This document shows, piece after piece, positions 11,605-23,373 of a stretch of DNA of 38,382 nt (its first letter is position 1; every line of letters begins with the position of its first letter). The stretch is from positions 1 through 38,382 of the forward strand of contig CBFFRQ010000060.1 of NCBI GenBank assembly GCA_965644315.1, in the 5' to 3' direction. The DNA is from Caecitellus pseudoparvulus. Lineage: Eukaryota > Protista > Bigyra: Bicosoecida. The position numbers were made by a program, and so were the translations under genes. Under the pieces are notes generated by a model. It did not search any database, was not told the DNA's origin, and saw only the letters and a list, made by a program, of their open reading frames with translations.

Positions 11605-13178
11605 ATGGCACAGGAGAGCAAAGGCGGCAGCGCCGCGCCGGCGGCACAGGCACAGCCCGCCGGCACACCCTCCACACAGGACTTGCTGGCCACGTACTCT
11701 GGTCATGGCCTGTACAGGCGCCTGCAACTGCTGGCACAGACAAAGCAGCCCGAGGCAGACGTTGCCCTGGTGGCTCTGCTGGACGCCATCAAGAGCGAGG
11801 GCACCAACCTGGAGCTGTACGAGAGGGTGTGCGGCGCAGCAGGCCAGCCAATGGACGACAGCTTTGTGGCGGCCTCCGCGGCCAAGGCACAGCAGGACGC
11901 CCTTGTCTTGGAGCGGCAACTGAACATCGCCACCGCAAACCAAGTCCGCGACAACATCCGCGTGCGTGCAGGGGCTGCGAGTGCTTGGCGTGGTGGCGGC
12001 GCACGCAGCGTTTCCACGGCACCCCTCCACGCCGCCCACAGACTGCCCTGATGGCGCATGGAGAGTTCAAGTACGCTGCCGGGGATCTACAGGCTGCGTT
12101 GAAGAGCTTCGTGCGCGCCCGTGACTACTCGTCCGCTGCCGCGGCTGGGCAGACGTACTTGGCCATCGTGCGCGTCTGCCTCGAGCTCAAGCACTGGTCT
12201 CATGTGGATGTGTACGCCAACAAGATCAGGTCCTCTGCGGCCTGCAAGGAGGACTCGTGCGTGATAGGCCACGTGCCCTTTCCAGCTCAGCGTGCGCCAC
12301 CCGCACCAGCTGCCGCCGTCACAGGGTGCTGCAGGCGCAAGTGTCTGTGGCTCGCGGCTTGTCCCACCTGGGCCGCCGGGACTTCTACGCTGCCGCCCAC
12401 GCCCTGGCTGACACGACGAGCGACCTGGGCAGCACCTTTACCGCCTTTGCCACCATGGCAGACGTCGCGGCATACTTGGCCCTGGCAGCGCTCGCCACCT
12501 TCTCACGCGAGGAGCTAAAGCAAGGCCTCCTGGAGCGCAAGAGCCTGAGGGCGTTCTGGGAGGCGAACGCCCTCGCAAAGACGGCAGTGGAGGGCCTCGT
12601 GCACTCCGAGTACGCCTCCTGCTTCCGCAGCATCACACAGCTCATGGTGCGTGGGAGACGCACAGTGGCGACCGGGCGCACTGCGTTTGACACCCGCACA
12701 CCCACTGCACCACCCCCCTCCTTTCCCTGCACCTCAGGCAACCCTGCAAGTGGACCCGTGGGTCGGTGGCAACCTGCGGCACCTCTTGGTCGCCATCCGA
12801 GCACGGGCCATGGTGCTGTACTGCGGGCCATACAAGACCATCTCCCTGGCCACCATGGCCAGCGCCCTGGACATGCCCGTGGCCAACCTCACGTCAGAAG
12901 TCGCGGGGCTCATTGCCGATGGCCGCCTGCAGTTCCGCATCGACTCGGCCAAGGGCCAGCTGCTGGCCAAGCACACCGACCCCCGCACTGCAGCGTACGC
13001 ACACGCCGAGGAGGTGGCAGACGCCTTCGTTGCCAAGGCCCAAGGCCTCGCGTTGAAGGCTGCCTTTGATCTGCACTCGCTCAGCGTGGGGCCCAAAGTG
13101 CCGCCGCCCAAGGGGCTCGCGCCACAGCAGGCTGAGGGGGTGGCCGGCTTCCCAGGCTTCTCGCCAGGCTTCCTGTGA
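11605..13178 (+). CDS. CSN1: COP9 signalosome complex subunit 1 (PCI domain), 4 exons
   Basis: Exons 11605-11961, 12042-12256, 12325-12646 and 12738-13178 splice in frame. Motifs GDLQAALKSFVRARDY, HWSHV, ALATFSREEL, SEYASC, IRARAMVLYCGPY and LIADGRLQFRIDS match CSN1/GPS1. Confidence 0.9.
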
Positions 13179-13420
13179 TGGGCCGCGCACAGAGAGGGCA
13201 GAGGGAGCGCACACGGCGCCCGGCCACAAATTCAACTTGCACCCAGGGAATGCCTGCCACCCCACCTGCCACGGGCCCTGCAGGCGTCACGCTGCGAGAA
13301 AGACCAGACCACCTGCTCTGAGCCAGCCGCACCAGTTTGTGTGCCACTGCGTCACCCATGGCCCACGCGTCCATGTCAGGAGTGCCAGCTGGCAGCTCGT
13401 CAGCTTCCAGGTTCGCCTCC

Positions 13421-16400
13421 ATGCCAGGAGCCCATGGTATGGACGCTGTGCCAGGCTGTGTGCTGCTGCCGCTGCTCACGAAGCTGCCACGCCTGCGCAG
13501 TGTGGGTGCCCTCGCCCCAGCAAGTCGCGACGTTCGAATGGTACTTTGACCAAGCGAACAAAGAAGGAGGTAGCACGCTGAGTGGCAAGGATACCGTTGC
13601 ATTCCTGAAGACCTCTGGCCTCCCCGTGGACACTCTGCGGCAGGTGAGGCGTGCGGAAGTTGCAGCGCATGCCACGGACACCGCTATCACGAGCCCCTCG
13701 CGCCCCCGACCCTCGAGTGCAGGTATGGAACGTCGCGAGTGATGGAAAGACGACCCTGTCCAAGGGTGCCTTCCGCGTAGCTTGCCGCCTCGTGGCACTG
13801 GCGCAAGCAGGTGTGGCCCAGCCCAGCGCCGGCGCAGTCAACACACACTGTGACCACCCCGCCATGCCGAAGTTTGAGGGCTTCACGCCCCCTGCGCCTG
13901 CACCCAAAGCCTCCTCTGTGGCCTCTGCTGCGTCTGCCTCCACGACTGGCGCGTCGGCCTCTTGGGCCGTCTCTGCCGAAGACGCTGCGAAGCTCAAGAC
14001 AGTCTTCGTGGCACAGAAGCCAGACTCCAATGGCTTGCTCTCAGCGCAGGTGGCTGCCGGCGTGCTGCGCCGGTCAGGCCTGGAGCCCGATCAGCTGCGC
14101 ACAGCCTTCCGCCTCGCAGACGTCGGCGGCGACAATGCCCTGGACGAGAAGGAGTTCACAGTAGCCATGCAGCTGGTGCTGGGCGTCGCCAAGCGCGGCC
14201 GCACCATGCCCGACACCCTGCCGCCCGAGCTGCGTGCCTTCATCTCGGGTGCTGCGCCACCAGCTCCCAAGCCCGTCATGGGCTCCTCCACCTCGGCTAG
14301 CCGCCTCTCTGGCGCCTTTGCTGCCCTCGACCTGGACCTCAAGCCCAAGTCCAAGCCAAAGCCCGCACCGACACCCCCCCCCGCCGCTGACCCAGCACCA
14401 AGCCCTGCGCCTGCACCTGCACCCCAGCCAGCACCTCAGCCAGCACCAGTGCAAGCGCCATCCCCTGGCCACACAGCTCCCCCTCGAGCAGGCAGCACGG
14501 CCACTCACGGCAGCGGTGGCATGCACCACAGCCACGCCTCACTGCCAGGGCAGTCCCCCAGCCCAGGCAGCCAACGGCACCATGCAACGGCCAGTGCAGG
14601 GGTGTCCGAGGGCGCTCTCGCGGCCGGTGCCACAGGCGTGGTGAGCGCTGCCAAAGAAGTCAACAGCGGGCTGCAGAGTCACCTGGCCAGCCAACGCAGC
14701 ATGACGGCTGCCACCGGCGAAGCCCTCGACGCAGCCCTGAGCACCCTGCAGGCGCTGTCCACAGAACGGGACCAGCTGAATGCCAGCATCGCAGCGCTCA
14801 AGACCCGCGCTGAGAAGGATGCCGCCGAGCTCTCCACTGTGCTGTCCCAGGTGCAGGAGCTGCAGGGCGCGCTGGCCTCCTTGCGAAGCCAAGCCGCTGC
14901 GCAGCGAGAAGAGACGCAGCAGGGGAGTGACGCCACACACCAGGCCAAGGCGCGCCTGGCCAGCCTGGTGCAGCAAGTGGCGGACGCAGGGGGGCAGACG
15001 CAGCAGCTGTCTGCCGAGCTGGCCCAGTTGGTGGCTGCCGCTCGCGCTAGCTCTGCGAGCACGGCCGCGGCACAGGGCGCCGCTGCCCGACTGCAGGGCG
15101 TGGCCATGCAGCACTCCCACGCCGCGGCGCTGAACCAACAGGAGGTGCAGGCGCTGCAGGCTGCACTGCAAGCCTCCCAGGCAGCCATCGCCACCCTGGA
15201 GAAGGCCAAGGCGGATGCAACGGCAGACGCAGCGGCAAGCCGCAGCCAGGCGGCTGCCGCCGAACAGGTGCTGGCCGAGATGCGATCCAAGGTCGCGGCT
15301 GCCCGCCGGGAGCACGAGAGCAGCCTGCAGCAAAAGGTAGCCCTGGCGGCAGACCTGTCCGCGACCCGGGGCGAGGAGGCTGCCCTCAGCGCAGTGGTGG
15401 CTAGTCTGCAGGCAATCACCGCCGCATCACAGACGCCCGCCCTGCCCCAGGCCGCGCCGGCACCAGCACCAGCACCAGCGCCAGCGGTCCCCCCCTTGAC
15501 TGGACTGGGCTCCCTGCGCTCAGCGTCACCAGGGTCGGAGGCAGCGCTGCCTGCACCACGCCAGGCCCCCTCCCCTGCTCCTGAGGCCCCCTTCTCCGTC
15601 ACTCCCTCACCAGCCCCGGCGCCTGCTCCAGTGCCAGCTTCCAACAAGCCCGCAGCCAGCAGCATGGGCGGTGGCAGCCAGGCTGCTTCGACCCGATCAG
15701 GCACCATGTCCCTGGACGAGGCCTTTGGCTCCATGGGCCTGCCCGAGGCGTCCCCGCTGCCCCCCCTCGGCGGCAGCCCTGATGTGGCGCCGGAGACCAC
15801 GCCAGCCACGCTGGCTGGCTCAGCCACGCCGGCCTCCCCATCACCCGAAACCACCAAACCTGCCGCCGAGCCAGCACTTGCGCCTGTACCTGCGCCTGCA
15901 CCTGCAGCTGGTGTGAACGTGGCAGTCACCGACGCCGACTTTGACTTTGACGATGCGGAAGGCTTTGACGACGAGGGCTTCGGGGACTTCGATGCATCTG
16001 CACCGGCCCCCGCTGCAGCGCACGTGACCCCCGGCACCCCTGCTGAAGCCCCCGTGGCAGAAGAGTCTGCCTCAACGGCTGCTACCGGTTCATCCCCGGT
16101 ACAGGATGGGCAGCCGGAAGCTGAAGGAGGGGCAACAAGTGCTCCTGCGCCAGCGGCACCCTCCGACGATGCCTTCGGAGACGATGCATTTGGTGATGAT
16201 GCATTTGGCGATGATGCTTTCGGGGATGATGCTTTCGGGGACGCTGGGGCTGCTGGTGCGTCGTCCCAAGGTCAGGCTGACCAGGCCGCCTCCAAGCCAG
16301 AGGGGAGCACGGGAGAGGAGGCAGCTTTCGGCGATGGCGAGTTCGGCGATGCGGCCTTTGGTGATGACGCCTTTGGGGATGGGGAGGCAGCCCCCTCTGC

Positions 16401-16536
16401 AGCGCCTGCTGATGATGCCTTCGGGGACGATGCGTTTGGAGATGATGCCTTTGGCGACGCGCCGGCTCCAGCCCCCGTGGCCACCACAGCGGCAGCACCC
16501 GCACCAGACACCTTTGAGGATGATCCATTTGCATGA
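13421..16536 (+). CDS. Eps15-like EH-domain endocytic adaptor (2 EH domains, Pro-rich linker, coiled coil, DAF/DPF tail)
   Basis: EH1: FEWYFDQANKEGGSTLSGKDTVAFLKTSGLPVDTLRQ|VWNVAS...FRVACRLVALAQ (intron 13644-13722). EH2: LRRSGLEPDQLRTAFRLADVGGDNALDEKEFTVAMQLV. Ala/Gln heptad region, acidic DDAFG repeats and terminal DDPF. Start inferred via intron 13437-13500. Confidence 0.85.
16165..16455 (+). repeat. Coding 15-nt tandem repeats (DDAFG x5 at 16165-16239, x3 at 16411-16455, degenerate copies between)
   Basis: GAYGATGCNTTYGGN units with synonymous variation. Confidence 0.85.
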
Positions 16537-16838
16537 GGACAATGCACCTGTGTGTTCGCGGTTGCCTTGGGCGCTTGCAAGCGTGGAAGGGCAGTGGCGC
16601 CTCGGCGTGGTGAAGTTGCGGAAAATGAGCAGACTGGCGATTCGCCTCTAGCTGCTACTTTTCAAATGCCCGTGCAAACCAAAGCACGCCAAACTGCGTG
16701 CAGACTGATTTTGACTGTGTCCTTGTGCAGTTCTTCCGTGTCTTCCCGCTGCAGCCGCATTTCAGCCGAGAACACAGCTCAGCTTTGTTTGCCTGCTCCC
16801 GCAGCCGAGAACAAGACGCCGATCCAAACACGACAGCC

Positions 16839-19019
16839 ATGCCGTCCGACGCCAGCGCCAAGAAGGTGAAAAAGGAGAAGAAGGAAAAGAAGGAGAAGAA
16901 GGACAAAAAGGCCAAGAAGGAGCGCGGCTCCAAGCGCTCCCGCGAGGTGGAGGTGGTCTCCGGAGATGCAGCTGAGGCTGCCGCGGCGACAACCCCTGCC
17001 GCCTCCCCTGACGCTGTTCCTGCAGCACGCAAGCGCCCCCGCACACGCTCCATGGGCAGCGTGGATGACGACCCGGCTGTGTCCAGCATGCTGGGCAGCA
17101 AGGCCGCTGCTGCCGCTGCCGGCGACGGCTCTGGCTCGGAAGACGACTCCAAGGCTGCGGAAATCGGTGGCAAGACCTCCCCGCTGTCGCGCTTCCCGCT
17201 GTCAGACGTGACGGTCAAGGCGCTGCACGCTCGCGGCATCAAGAGCCTCTTCCCCATTCAAGCAAGCACCTTCGCGCCTCTGTTTGGCGGGTCAGACCTC
17301 ATCGGCCGTGCACGCACAGGCATGGGCAAGACGCTGGCCTTCGTGCTGCCCACCATTGAACAGCTGCTGCAGGCGCCAGGCGGCCCCGTGCGCCGCGCAG
17401 GGGGCGCAGGCCCCGCCATCCTCGTCATGGCACCCACCCGTGAGCTGGCCAAGCAGGTCGCGTCTGACTTCGAGCTGACCGCCCCCACCCTGCGCACGCT
17501 GGTGGTGTACGGCGGGACGGGGTACGAGCCCCAGCGCCGGGCCATGCGCAGCGGCATTGAGATCGTCGTGGGCACGCCCGGGCGCATCAAGGACCACGCC
17601 CAGAACGGCACGTTGAACTTGGAGAACCTCACCCACGTCGTGCTGGACGAGGCCGACCAGATGCTGGACATGGGCTTCGCAGACGACATGCGGGAGATCC
17701 TGGACTTCAACCCCTACCTCAACGCCAAGGCGGCTGCTGCGTCAGGTGTCAAGGGCGGCGCAGAGGCCCTCGCAGGCATGTCGGGCTCCAAGCCCCAGGT
17801 GGTGCTGTTCTCCGCCACCCTGCCCTCCTGGTGCAAGGACGTCTCGCGCAAGTATATGACCGACCCCAAGGTCATCAACCTCGTCGTGGAGGGGTCTGGC
17901 GCAGCCAGCAAGGACGTGCAGCACCTGGTGCTGCAGGCGCCCTGGCAAGTGCGCGCCAGCACCACCAACGACCTCATCCGCATGTACTCGGGTGTGAAGG
18001 GGCGCACCATCATCTTCTGCGACACCAAGAAGGACGCCAACGAGCTGAGCGTGGACCCCGCCGTCACCGTGGACTGCGGCGTCCTGCACGGCGACATCAG
18101 CCAGTCCCAGCGTGAGACCACCCTCACCGCCTTCCGCGAAGGGCGTGTCCGGTGCCTCGTCGCCACAGACGTCGCCGCGCGTGGCCTGGACATCAAGGGC
18201 GTGGACCTGGTCGTGCAGCTACAGCCCCCCCAGCGCAACTTCAGCGGCAAGGCGGACGTGGACACGTACGTCCACCGCAGTGGCCGCACTGGGCGAGCGG
18301 GGGCCAAGGGCACCTGCATTACGCTGTACACGCACAGGGACGAACACGTCCTGCGCGAGATCGAGCGCGCCACCAAGAACACTTTCGTGCGCATCGGCGC
18401 ACCCCAGGTGTCGGACCTCGTCGGCGTCGCCGCCAAGGAGACCGTCGCCAGCGTCGTGGGCGTGGACGCCAAGGTCGCCTCTGCATTCGCTGACGCCGCA
18501 CAGGAAGCCCTGGAGGCGTGTGACGGCAATGCCCTGGACACCATCGCCCGCGCCCTCGCTGCCGCCAGCGGGTACACAGACTCCCTCCCCGTCCGGTCCC
18601 TGCTCAGCGCCGCAGACGGCATGGTGACCCTGCAGTACACAGCTGCCCCGCACATGAAGGCGGAGGGCGGCATGCGCTCAGCCAGCTACGTCTGGAACGC
18701 CCTGCGCCGCCACCTGCCCGAGCAGATCGTGGAGAGCATCAAGGGCATGCGTCTGGCCGCCGATGGAACGGCAGCAGTCTTTGACCTGCCCTCCAAGGTC
18801 ATGCCCCAAATCGAGCATGCGCTGGAAGAGCCAACCTCAGGCATCACCAAGTGCGAGACGCTGCCGGAGCTCAAGGCCAAGCCCTCCTTCCAGGGCGCGC
18901 GCGGTGGAGGCCGGGGTGGCGGCCGTGGAGGACGTGGACGTGGTGGTGGCCGAGGTGGCCGAGGCCGTGGCGGCGGCTACGGAGGCCGATCCAGCTCTCG
19001 TGGCCGATCCAGGTGGTGA
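16839..19019 (+). CDS. DDX21: Nucleolar DEAD-box RNA helicase, DDX21/DDX50 (plant RH7-like) family
   Basis: Lys-rich N-terminus, Q motif LFPIQ, ARTGMGKT, APTRELA, GTPGRI, DEAD, SAT, LHGDISQSQRE, ATDVAARGLDI, HRSGRTGR, GUCT-like region (RSLLS...AVFDLP) and RGG tail. Single ORF. Confidence 0.93.
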   Translation: MPSDASAKKVKKEKKEKKEKKDKKAKKERGSKRSREVEVVSGDAAEAAAATTPAASPDAVPAARKRPRTRSMGSVDDDPAVSSMLGSKAAAAAAGDGSGSEDDSKAAEIGGKTSPLSRFPLSDVTVKALHARGIKSLFPIQASTFAPLFGGSDLIGRARTGMGKTLAFVLPTIEQLLQAPGGPVRRAGGAGPAILVMAPTRELAKQVASDFELTAPTLRTLVVYGGTGYEPQRRAMRSGIEIVVGTPGRIKDHAQNGTLNLENLTHVVLDEADQMLDMGFADDMREILDFNPYLNAKAAAASGVKGGAEALAGMSGSKPQVVLFSATLPSWCKDVSRKYMTDPKVINLVVEGSGAASKDVQHLVLQAPWQVRASTTNDLIRMYSGVKGRTIIFCDTKKDANELSVDPAVTVDCGVLHGDISQSQRETTLTAFREGRVRCLVATDVAARGLDIKGVDLVVQLQPPQRNFSGKADVDTYVHRSGRTGRAGAKGTCITLYTHRDEHVLREIERATKNTFVRIGAPQVSDLVGVAAKETVASVVGVDAKVASAFADAAQEALEACDGNALDTIARALAAASGYTDSLPVRSLLSAADGMVTLQYTAAPHMKAEGGMRSASYVWNALRRHLPEQIVESIKGMRLAADGTAAVFDLPSKVMPQIEHALEEPTSGITKCETLPELKAKPSFQGARGGGRGGGRGGRGRGGGRGGRGRGGGYGGRSSSRGRSRW

Positions 19020-19560
19020 GTTTCTGGTCGTGTGCGGCGTTGAACTCTAACGCCACACACGCCTCTCAATGCATCTTTCGCACGTGAAAAACGTGCCATG
19101 TCTAGTCGGTTTTGTGCGATGAGAGCCAGGCATGGGTTGAGGATCGCTGTGAATACTCTGCGCTAAGGTGGGAGACAAAAGCGTGGTGGTGCACTGCACC
19201 AGACTGCAAGCCCAACGCTGCGCAGTTTCTGGCAGACGACGCATTCGCGCAAAATTACCTCTCAGACAGCAAACGGTGCTTCATGGAATCATAGAATAGG
19301 GTGCAGTGCGTCATACCCAGCTTGCCTGGCACTTTGCAGCTGCCAACGTTGTGACTCACTGCACTGCACCAACGCTAGCCCGCTGCAAAGACGCGCAGCG
19401 AGCCGGTCACGTGGTGTCTGAGCCCCCTTGGCTCCTTCCTAAAATAGGTTTCTTGGGACGTTCAAGCACCCCCTTGTATTGGCGTGGCATGCCTCGCACC
19501 GACACGAGAGAACGCCAGTATGCTCCAGGCTGGCGTTCTCTTCAGCGAGCTGGCTTCACC

Positions 19561-22500
19561 ATGGCGCTGTTTGTAGCCTGTACAGTCCATGCTGCGGGCA
19601 GTGGCACATGTTCGTTTGACTGCCCTGGGTCGTACACGTGTCTGGAAGGGGCGTGCGCGCAGGTAGTCTGCACTCCGCTGAATCACGACAACGCTGAAGC
19701 TGAATGTGTGAACAACGGAGGGGTTGGGCTACTTCGAGTAATGAACAATCCAATGTGGAGCAGTCTGAAGGCGGAGGCTGAGAGTCAATGCTTCTCAGGA
19801 AGCACAATTGCTGCTGGACTGTGGATTGATGGATTTGACATGGTCGGAGACAACCAGATCTATCGGTGGCGGGATAGCTTGCCAATAACCTTCGACAAGT
19901 GGTACACAGACAATGGTGAACCAAATAGCAATAGTGAGCGATGCATAGAAATGCGCGAGGAGTTTGACTACTTCTACAATGACGAAAGTTGCTTGACATC
20001 AAACTTCTACGCGTGCGAGGCAGACCTAGTTCCATCGCCAACCCCAACTTCGTCCGCTTCGGCAACATCGCCGATGACCCCCTCACCCACAGCTTCCCAA
20101 AGTGTCACAACCACTGCCTCAGCAAGCAGCACCGGAACAGCCACGCCCACCCCATCCACCAGCACCACTCGGACCCCCACAGCGACATCAACAGCAACAC
20201 CAACAGCATCCATCAGCTGCACCAGCACCCCCACGTTGACATCAACGGCTACGTCTACCTCGTCCGCCACAAGCACCGCCACCCCCACAGCGACTTCAAC
20301 GGCCACGCCCACTGCATCGGCCGGCCCCACCGGCACCTCCACACCAACACCCACGGCCACGCCCACTCCCTCCGTCAGCCCCACCGGCACAGCCTCACCA
20401 ACATCGACAGCGACACCTACCGCAGCCGCCACTGGCACTGGCACGGCTACAACAACATCGACGGCCACACTCACTCCATCGGGCAGCCCCACACCAACAG
20501 CGACATCAACAGCCACGATCTCACCATCACCATCCTCCACACAATCAGCAACCCCTTCCACAAGCCCCAGCCCTACCTTCACTCCACCACGCGACCACTG
20601 CCCCTGGTGGGCCATCTGCCACGCCAATGGCACCCTGGCATCGGCCTTCCCCGGACGGCTGTTCTGCGCTGACAACTGCGACTCAGAAGAGCCGATCATG
20701 CACCTGTGCCCCAGAGACCAGTCCTGCCAGCAGTCTCAAAAGCCACAGCGCCTCACCTCGTGCCAGCCAGGACACACCGGCAAGCTGTGCCACGTCTGCA
20801 AGCCGAGGTATGCTCCATCTGATGCATGTGCTGCCTGCAGTCGGTGCCCGGACACTGGCCTGTCTCCCGCCATGTCAGCCACGGTGGTGGTCGGCGTCCA
20901 AGCTGGCGTTGCCATTGGGCTGGGAGTCGTGACTGGTGCCCGCTACCTGGCACAGCCTGACCGCCTGACCACGAGCCTGTTCTCAGGGGCCGTGCGCATC
21001 TTGCTCTGGTACGCTGGCATGGCTGGCCAGATGGCTGCGCTGGGCCCCGGGCGGCGCGACACGCTTGAGCAGGCTGCTCACACGCTGCAGCAGTGGAAGT
21101 CTGCTTGTGACTCCGCTGAAGACACAAATGACGCTCCTGCAGCCACAGGATCGTCCCACACGAGCTCAACCATGCAAACCATGGCTGGCAGTCCAGACGT
21201 CGTGCCTGCGCTGCAGTGCTGGACTGGCTCAGTCAGCCCAGGTCAAGTTGGCCCCAGCACCATCCTCCGGGTGGCCATTGCTGGCGCTGCCCTTGCCCTC
21301 GCCATGGCTGCACTCGTGGCCCACAAGACCTTTGCCGGGCGGCTGCACCCTGCCTTCACCGTCCTGCCTGTCGCGGTGTACATGCAGCTCCTGCACCCAG
21401 CACTGGTCACGGCTGCACGTGTGAGCAGCCCACCACCTGTCGGGGCCTGGGATCCCCTGGGACCGGCTGCCATCGTGTGGACACCTGGACTGGTCCATGC
21501 CCTTGCAGGAACTCTCGGCGTTGCCGCCCTGGCACGCACGCTGGCCAGCCCAGGGGCCAAGCGCAGCGCACCTTCCCCTGCTGCCTTCTGCAGCAAGGGC
21601 TACCGTCGCCAGCTTTCCCCTGCGGACGCTCGAGCGACAGTGCTGGCGCGGTTGTCCGCCCCCTCTTCTGCGAAGCCCGTCCACCCGACAGTGGCCACAC
21701 TGGCAGACATGGCTGCAGATGCTGCCGCCCAAGACCGGGCTGCGTGCGCCTCCTGCGGCTCCGTACTGCCTACCCACGCCTTCGCCACAGTGCACACTGC
21801 CGAGCTCATCGCAATGCTGGCATGTGTGTGGCTGTCCACAGACATCTGGATCCGCCTGAGCTGTGGCATGGCCGTGGTCCTCGCCGGCTCCACAGCCCTT
21901 GCCCTGCGCCGCCCCTGGGCGCTCAGCGAACTGAACGACCTGGACACCACCGCACACTTGGGGGTCCTGGCTCAGGGTGTGGCCGTCGCGCTTACCACAG
22001 CTCTGCCGTCCATGCGTGCGGTTGTCCTCCTTGCCGTGCTCGTCCTGCACGCTGCCATGGTGCTGAGCATGCTGCTGGTGCTGTGCAGGGGATACAGCCC
22101 CGCCATGCGCCGTGGCCTCGTCAGGGTACGCACCACCCTCGTCCATGCCCTCCCGCATCTCCACATGCCACCACGAACCAGTCCAGCTGCAGGCTCAGAG
22201 GAGGATGGCGGCATTGCGGACATCGCTCACTCGGCCATGCCGAGCATCCTCGACATCGTGACCGCCCTCCTCCGCCGCATGCTGCCTGGCCCCCCGCCTG
22301 CTTCCCGCCCAGTTGCCCCCGCAACGGACCTCCTCTCGGCACTCCAGCACATGCCGCACTCTGCTACGCCTGCAGCAGCGCTGCACACGCTGTCCTCCTC
22401 AGCAGCCGGCCTTGTTGCAGCCCGGCCAGCTCCGTCGCTGCTCCAAGCCTGCACCTGCTCCTGCTCTAAACCGGTCAGAGGAAAGCGGGCCCTTCGTGCA

Positions 22501-22881
22501 CACGGTGCCCTCTTCCACGCAGACGGCTCTCCTGCTGCCGTCGCCGCACATGCAGCTGCAAGCGGCACTCCTCACACCAACCCCCTCATCGGCAGCTCCA
22601 AGTCAGCTTCACCAGCCGAGGCCGGCCCGAAGAAGGCAGCACCTGTCATGTCACGGCGCCTGTCGTCACTGCATGCGGGTGATCGCCGTGTCACGTACTC
22701 CGGCACATCGCCCAGGCGCCACCACACGCCCCTCAGCGGGACTGGCCGCTCCAGCCAAGGCATCGTGTCCAGACGTACCTTGCTGCGGGCCCAGATCGCA
22801 CAGTATGCGACTGCACCCACTGCCAGTGCGCGGACCACGAGCAACAGGCGGCGGACGAGGAAGGCACACTCCAAGCGGTAG
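19561..22881 (+). CDS. C-type lectin domain + Thr/Ser/Pro mucin stalk + Cys-rich module + multi-pass membrane protein
   Basis: Signal-like MALFVACTVHA. CTLD: LWIDG...YRWRD...KW...GEPNSNSERCIEM...YNDESC...YACE. TPTATST stalk, CQPGHTGKLCHVC module, ~8-9 hydrophobic segments including RRPWALSELNDLD. Start uncertain (19489 or 19561). Confidence 0.8.
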   Translation: MALFVACTVHAAGSGTCSFDCPGSYTCLEGACAQVVCTPLNHDNAEAECVNNGGVGLLRVMNNPMWSSLKAEAESQCFSGSTIAAGLWIDGFDMVGDNQIYRWRDSLPITFDKWYTDNGEPNSNSERCIEMREEFDYFYNDESCLTSNFYACEADLVPSPTPTSSASATSPMTPSPTASQSVTTTASASSTGTATPTPSTSTTRTPTATSTATPTASISCTSTPTLTSTATSTSSATSTATPTATSTATPTASAGPTGTSTPTPTATPTPSVSPTGTASPTSTATPTAAATGTGTATTTSTATLTPSGSPTPTATSTATISPSPSSTQSATPSTSPSPTFTPPRDHCPWWAICHANGTLASAFPGRLFCADNCDSEEPIMHLCPRDQSCQQSQKPQRLTSCQPGHTGKLCHVCKPRYAPSDACAACSRCPDTGLSPAMSATVVVGVQAGVAIGLGVVTGARYLAQPDRLTTSLFSGAVRILLWYAGMAGQMAALGPGRRDTLEQAAHTLQQWKSACDSAEDTNDAPAATGSSHTSSTMQTMAGSPDVVPALQCWTGSVSPGQVGPSTILRVAIAGAALALAMAALVAHKTFAGRLHPAFTVLPVAVYMQLLHPALVTAARVSSPPPVGAWDPLGPAAIVWTPGLVHALAGTLGVAALARTLASPGAKRSAPSPAAFCSKGYRRQLSPADARATVLARLSAPSSAKPVHPTVATLADMAADAAAQDRAACASCGSVLPTHAFATVHTAELIAMLACVWLSTDIWIRLSCGMAVVLAGSTALALRRPWALSELNDLDTTAHLGVLAQGVAVALTTALPSMRAVVLLAVLVLHAAMVLSMLLVLCRGYSPAMRRGLVRVRTTLVHALPHLHMPPRTSPAAGSEEDGGIADIAHSAMPSILDIVTALLRRMLPGPPPASRPVAPATDLLSALQHMPHSATPAAALHTLSSSAAGLVAARPAPSLLQACTCSCSKPVRGKRALRAHGALFHADGSPAAVAAHAAASGTPHTNPLIGSSKSASPAEAGPKKAAPVMSRRLSSLHAGDRRVTYSGTSPRRHHTPLSGTGRSSQGIVSRRTLLRAQIAQYATAPTASARTTSNRRRTRKAHSKR
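20032..20590 (+). repeat. Degenerate coding repeat (TPTATSTA-like mucin stalk)
   Basis: Recurring (c/a)acagcgac(a/t)tcaac(a/g)gc units encoding a Thr/Ser/Pro/Ala tract. Confidence 0.75.
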
Positions 22882-23373
22882 ACGGAAGGAGCCCGGGCCA
22901 GAGCATCGTTCAGCCCCACAGCAGCACTCGCTGCGTCGCCCAGGCCGGGCGACAGGCCTGTTGAGTAGCGTGCCCATTCGTGGGAGGTTTGCTGGTAGTC
23001 ATTCGAACAGGGTGGCTGAAACTTTATGAATTCATGCTTTGCTGCCACGCGCAGCGCCGTCTCGGGGCGTGGCGAAAGCCAGCTCACTTCGCTTGCACTT
23101 GCGAGAGCGCCCACACGCGCGGTGTCCGACAAAACAGAAGCGTGCCCGCAAACAAAGTGGGGAACTTGTAAAAGCAGAAGTACTCCTTGAGTCCCTCTAC
23201 CCTGTCCTGGGCGAACACGTGCCCTTGTTGTGCACTGCCACACACCCTTGCGCGGTCAAGCACAACCTCTGGCAGCACAGGCTTGCTGCGACCCAGGCCG
23301 TCACGGATTAGAAGGCGGAGGGGCCAAGTTGAAGACCAGTTACAGCTTCTCCCAGTCTTGATTCGTGCCCATC

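Noticed and set aside
14539-18673. Long antisense and alternative-frame ORFs over the EH protein and helicase (and similar ones window-wide)
   Set aside because: Expected shadow ORFs in high-GC coding DNA.
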